DNA of 63,126 nt, filler included, from Octopus bimaculoides (Eukaryota): assembly GCF_001194135.2 (NCBI RefSeq). It is 7 parts of 7 records of this genome, joined end to end, with 100 filler letters (N's around TTAATTAATTAA, not from the genome) between each part and the next. Parts side by side here need not be neighbours in the genome. Positions count along the whole stretch, not along the records: positions 60,718 to 63,126 come from NC_069006.1; 6 more parts are not named here. One strand, given 5' to 3'. A program made the translations under genes and the position numbers. The notes below the pieces were generated by a model, which ran no database searches, was not told where the DNA came from, and saw only the letters and a program-made list of their open reading frames with translations. Below are positions 61,945-63,126 of the stretch, in pieces; position 1 is the stretch's first letter, and each line of letters begins with the position of its first letter.

Positions 61945-62277
61945 TATATGGCTCAGTGGTTAAAGAGTCGGACTCACAAACATGAGGTTGTGAATTCGAT
62001 TCCAGGACCGGGCTGTGCATTGTGTTCTTGAGCAAGATATTTTATTTCATGTTGCTCCAGTTCACTCAGCTGTAGAAATGAGTTGCGACGTCACTGGTGC
62101 CAAGCTGTATCGGCCCCTTTGCCTTTCCCTTGGATAACACTGGTGGCGTGGAGAGGGGAGGCTGGTATGCATGGGCGACTGCTGGTCTTCCATAAACAAC
62201 CTTGCCCAGACTTGTGCATCGGAGGGGAACTTTCTAGGTGCAATCCCACGATCAGTCATGACTGAAGGGGGTCTTTA
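61945..62277 (+). mobile_element. Full-length SINE family B
   Basis: A box ggctcagtggttaaag, B box gaattcgattcc, complete tail. Confidence 0.9.
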
Positions 62278-62386
62278 TTTTTTACTTTATATAATTGTTT
62301 GTATATTCCAACAGAACATCCACGTTTAAGTGAGGATAAATATTACCTCTCGATATTATATTAATACTGCCACTGTCGCTAATATT

Positions 62387-62442
<56 letters not shown>

Positions 62443-62883
62443 ACTAGCTAATTGCAACATCAATGCCTGTTTTATCACTGTTACTCTATATATCGTTGGA
62501 GGGAAGATGAATCGTTGCTATCTCTCGTAGTCAAGCGTCTATCATTGATGAGGCCAAGGAAGGTCGAAATTACGTGATCTGGTAGTCTGGTCGTCTTGAT
62601 GCTGGAGATGATGGGGGATTTATCTCCCACTTCGGCGATATATACGAAAGTGAATTTTACACCAAGAGCCCATATGAGAGTTTCTCTCATGCTAACTACA
62701 GCAGTATAGTTGTATAGTTTGTTCTAACAGAACATTCACGCTTCAGTGGCGATAAATATTACCTCTCTGCATGCATATTATGTCAGGTCACTCTTAATGC
62801 TGTTGGTAACATGTAACCCAGTATAACCAATCTCATGGTTGGGCGTCGGCAACTCAACCGGTAACCCTGCCAAACCTACTTGA

Positions 62884-63118
62884 TATATCCCTCGCGATAT
62901 CGCGGTTTATCATTCAATCTCTCACCATATCGCGGTTTAGTATTTAAGCTTACGTCGATTCCTCCGCGGTGTTCTTTTGCATTTATAATAAAATAAATAT
63001 ATACAAATTATAAAAATAATGAAAAAATATACGGTACAGTAGTGTTTCTACAGCGCAGATTTTCACCTGCCGCGGGTTTTTTTGGAACATAACACTCACG
63101 ATAGTCGAGGGATTACTG
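62884..63118. mobile_element. pogo/Tigger-like MITE
   Basis: right TIR reverse complement CAGTAATCCCTCGACTATCGTG vs left atccctcgcgatatcgcg. Confidence 0.6.
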
Positions 63119-63126
63119 TGCATGTG

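Overview
AT-rich, microsatellite-saturated, gapped eukaryotic scaffold. The repeat families look like octopus/cephalopod ones (inference, no search run). Most listed ORFs are microsatellite or N-gap artefacts. Host coding sequence: one clear exon of a rhodopsin-family GPCR (TM6, 30725-30832, +), plus two or three tentative minus-strand exons inside a CpG-depleted ~31.6-41.2 kb domain that surrounds a CpG-retaining promoter-like island (33.2-33.4 kb). The rest is a layered transposon record: four tRNA-headed SINE families with swapped modules, mariner/maT, hAT, piggyBac-like and pogo-like MITEs, RTE fragments, and a ~4.6 kb decayed Helitron with nested insertions whose TSDs are still readable. 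Strongest leads: (1) Penelope-like repeats carrying minimal hammerhead ribozymes, one canonical and three with a shared non-canonical core; (2) two families of restriction-endonuclease (R4/Dong-like) retrotransposons, one in (TAA)n and one in (CA)/(CATA)n microsatellites; (3) a possible methylated gene nested antisense in the GPCR locus. Coordinates were read by eye; dispersed-repeat ends are approximate (about +/-10-20 bp) unless a TSD is given.
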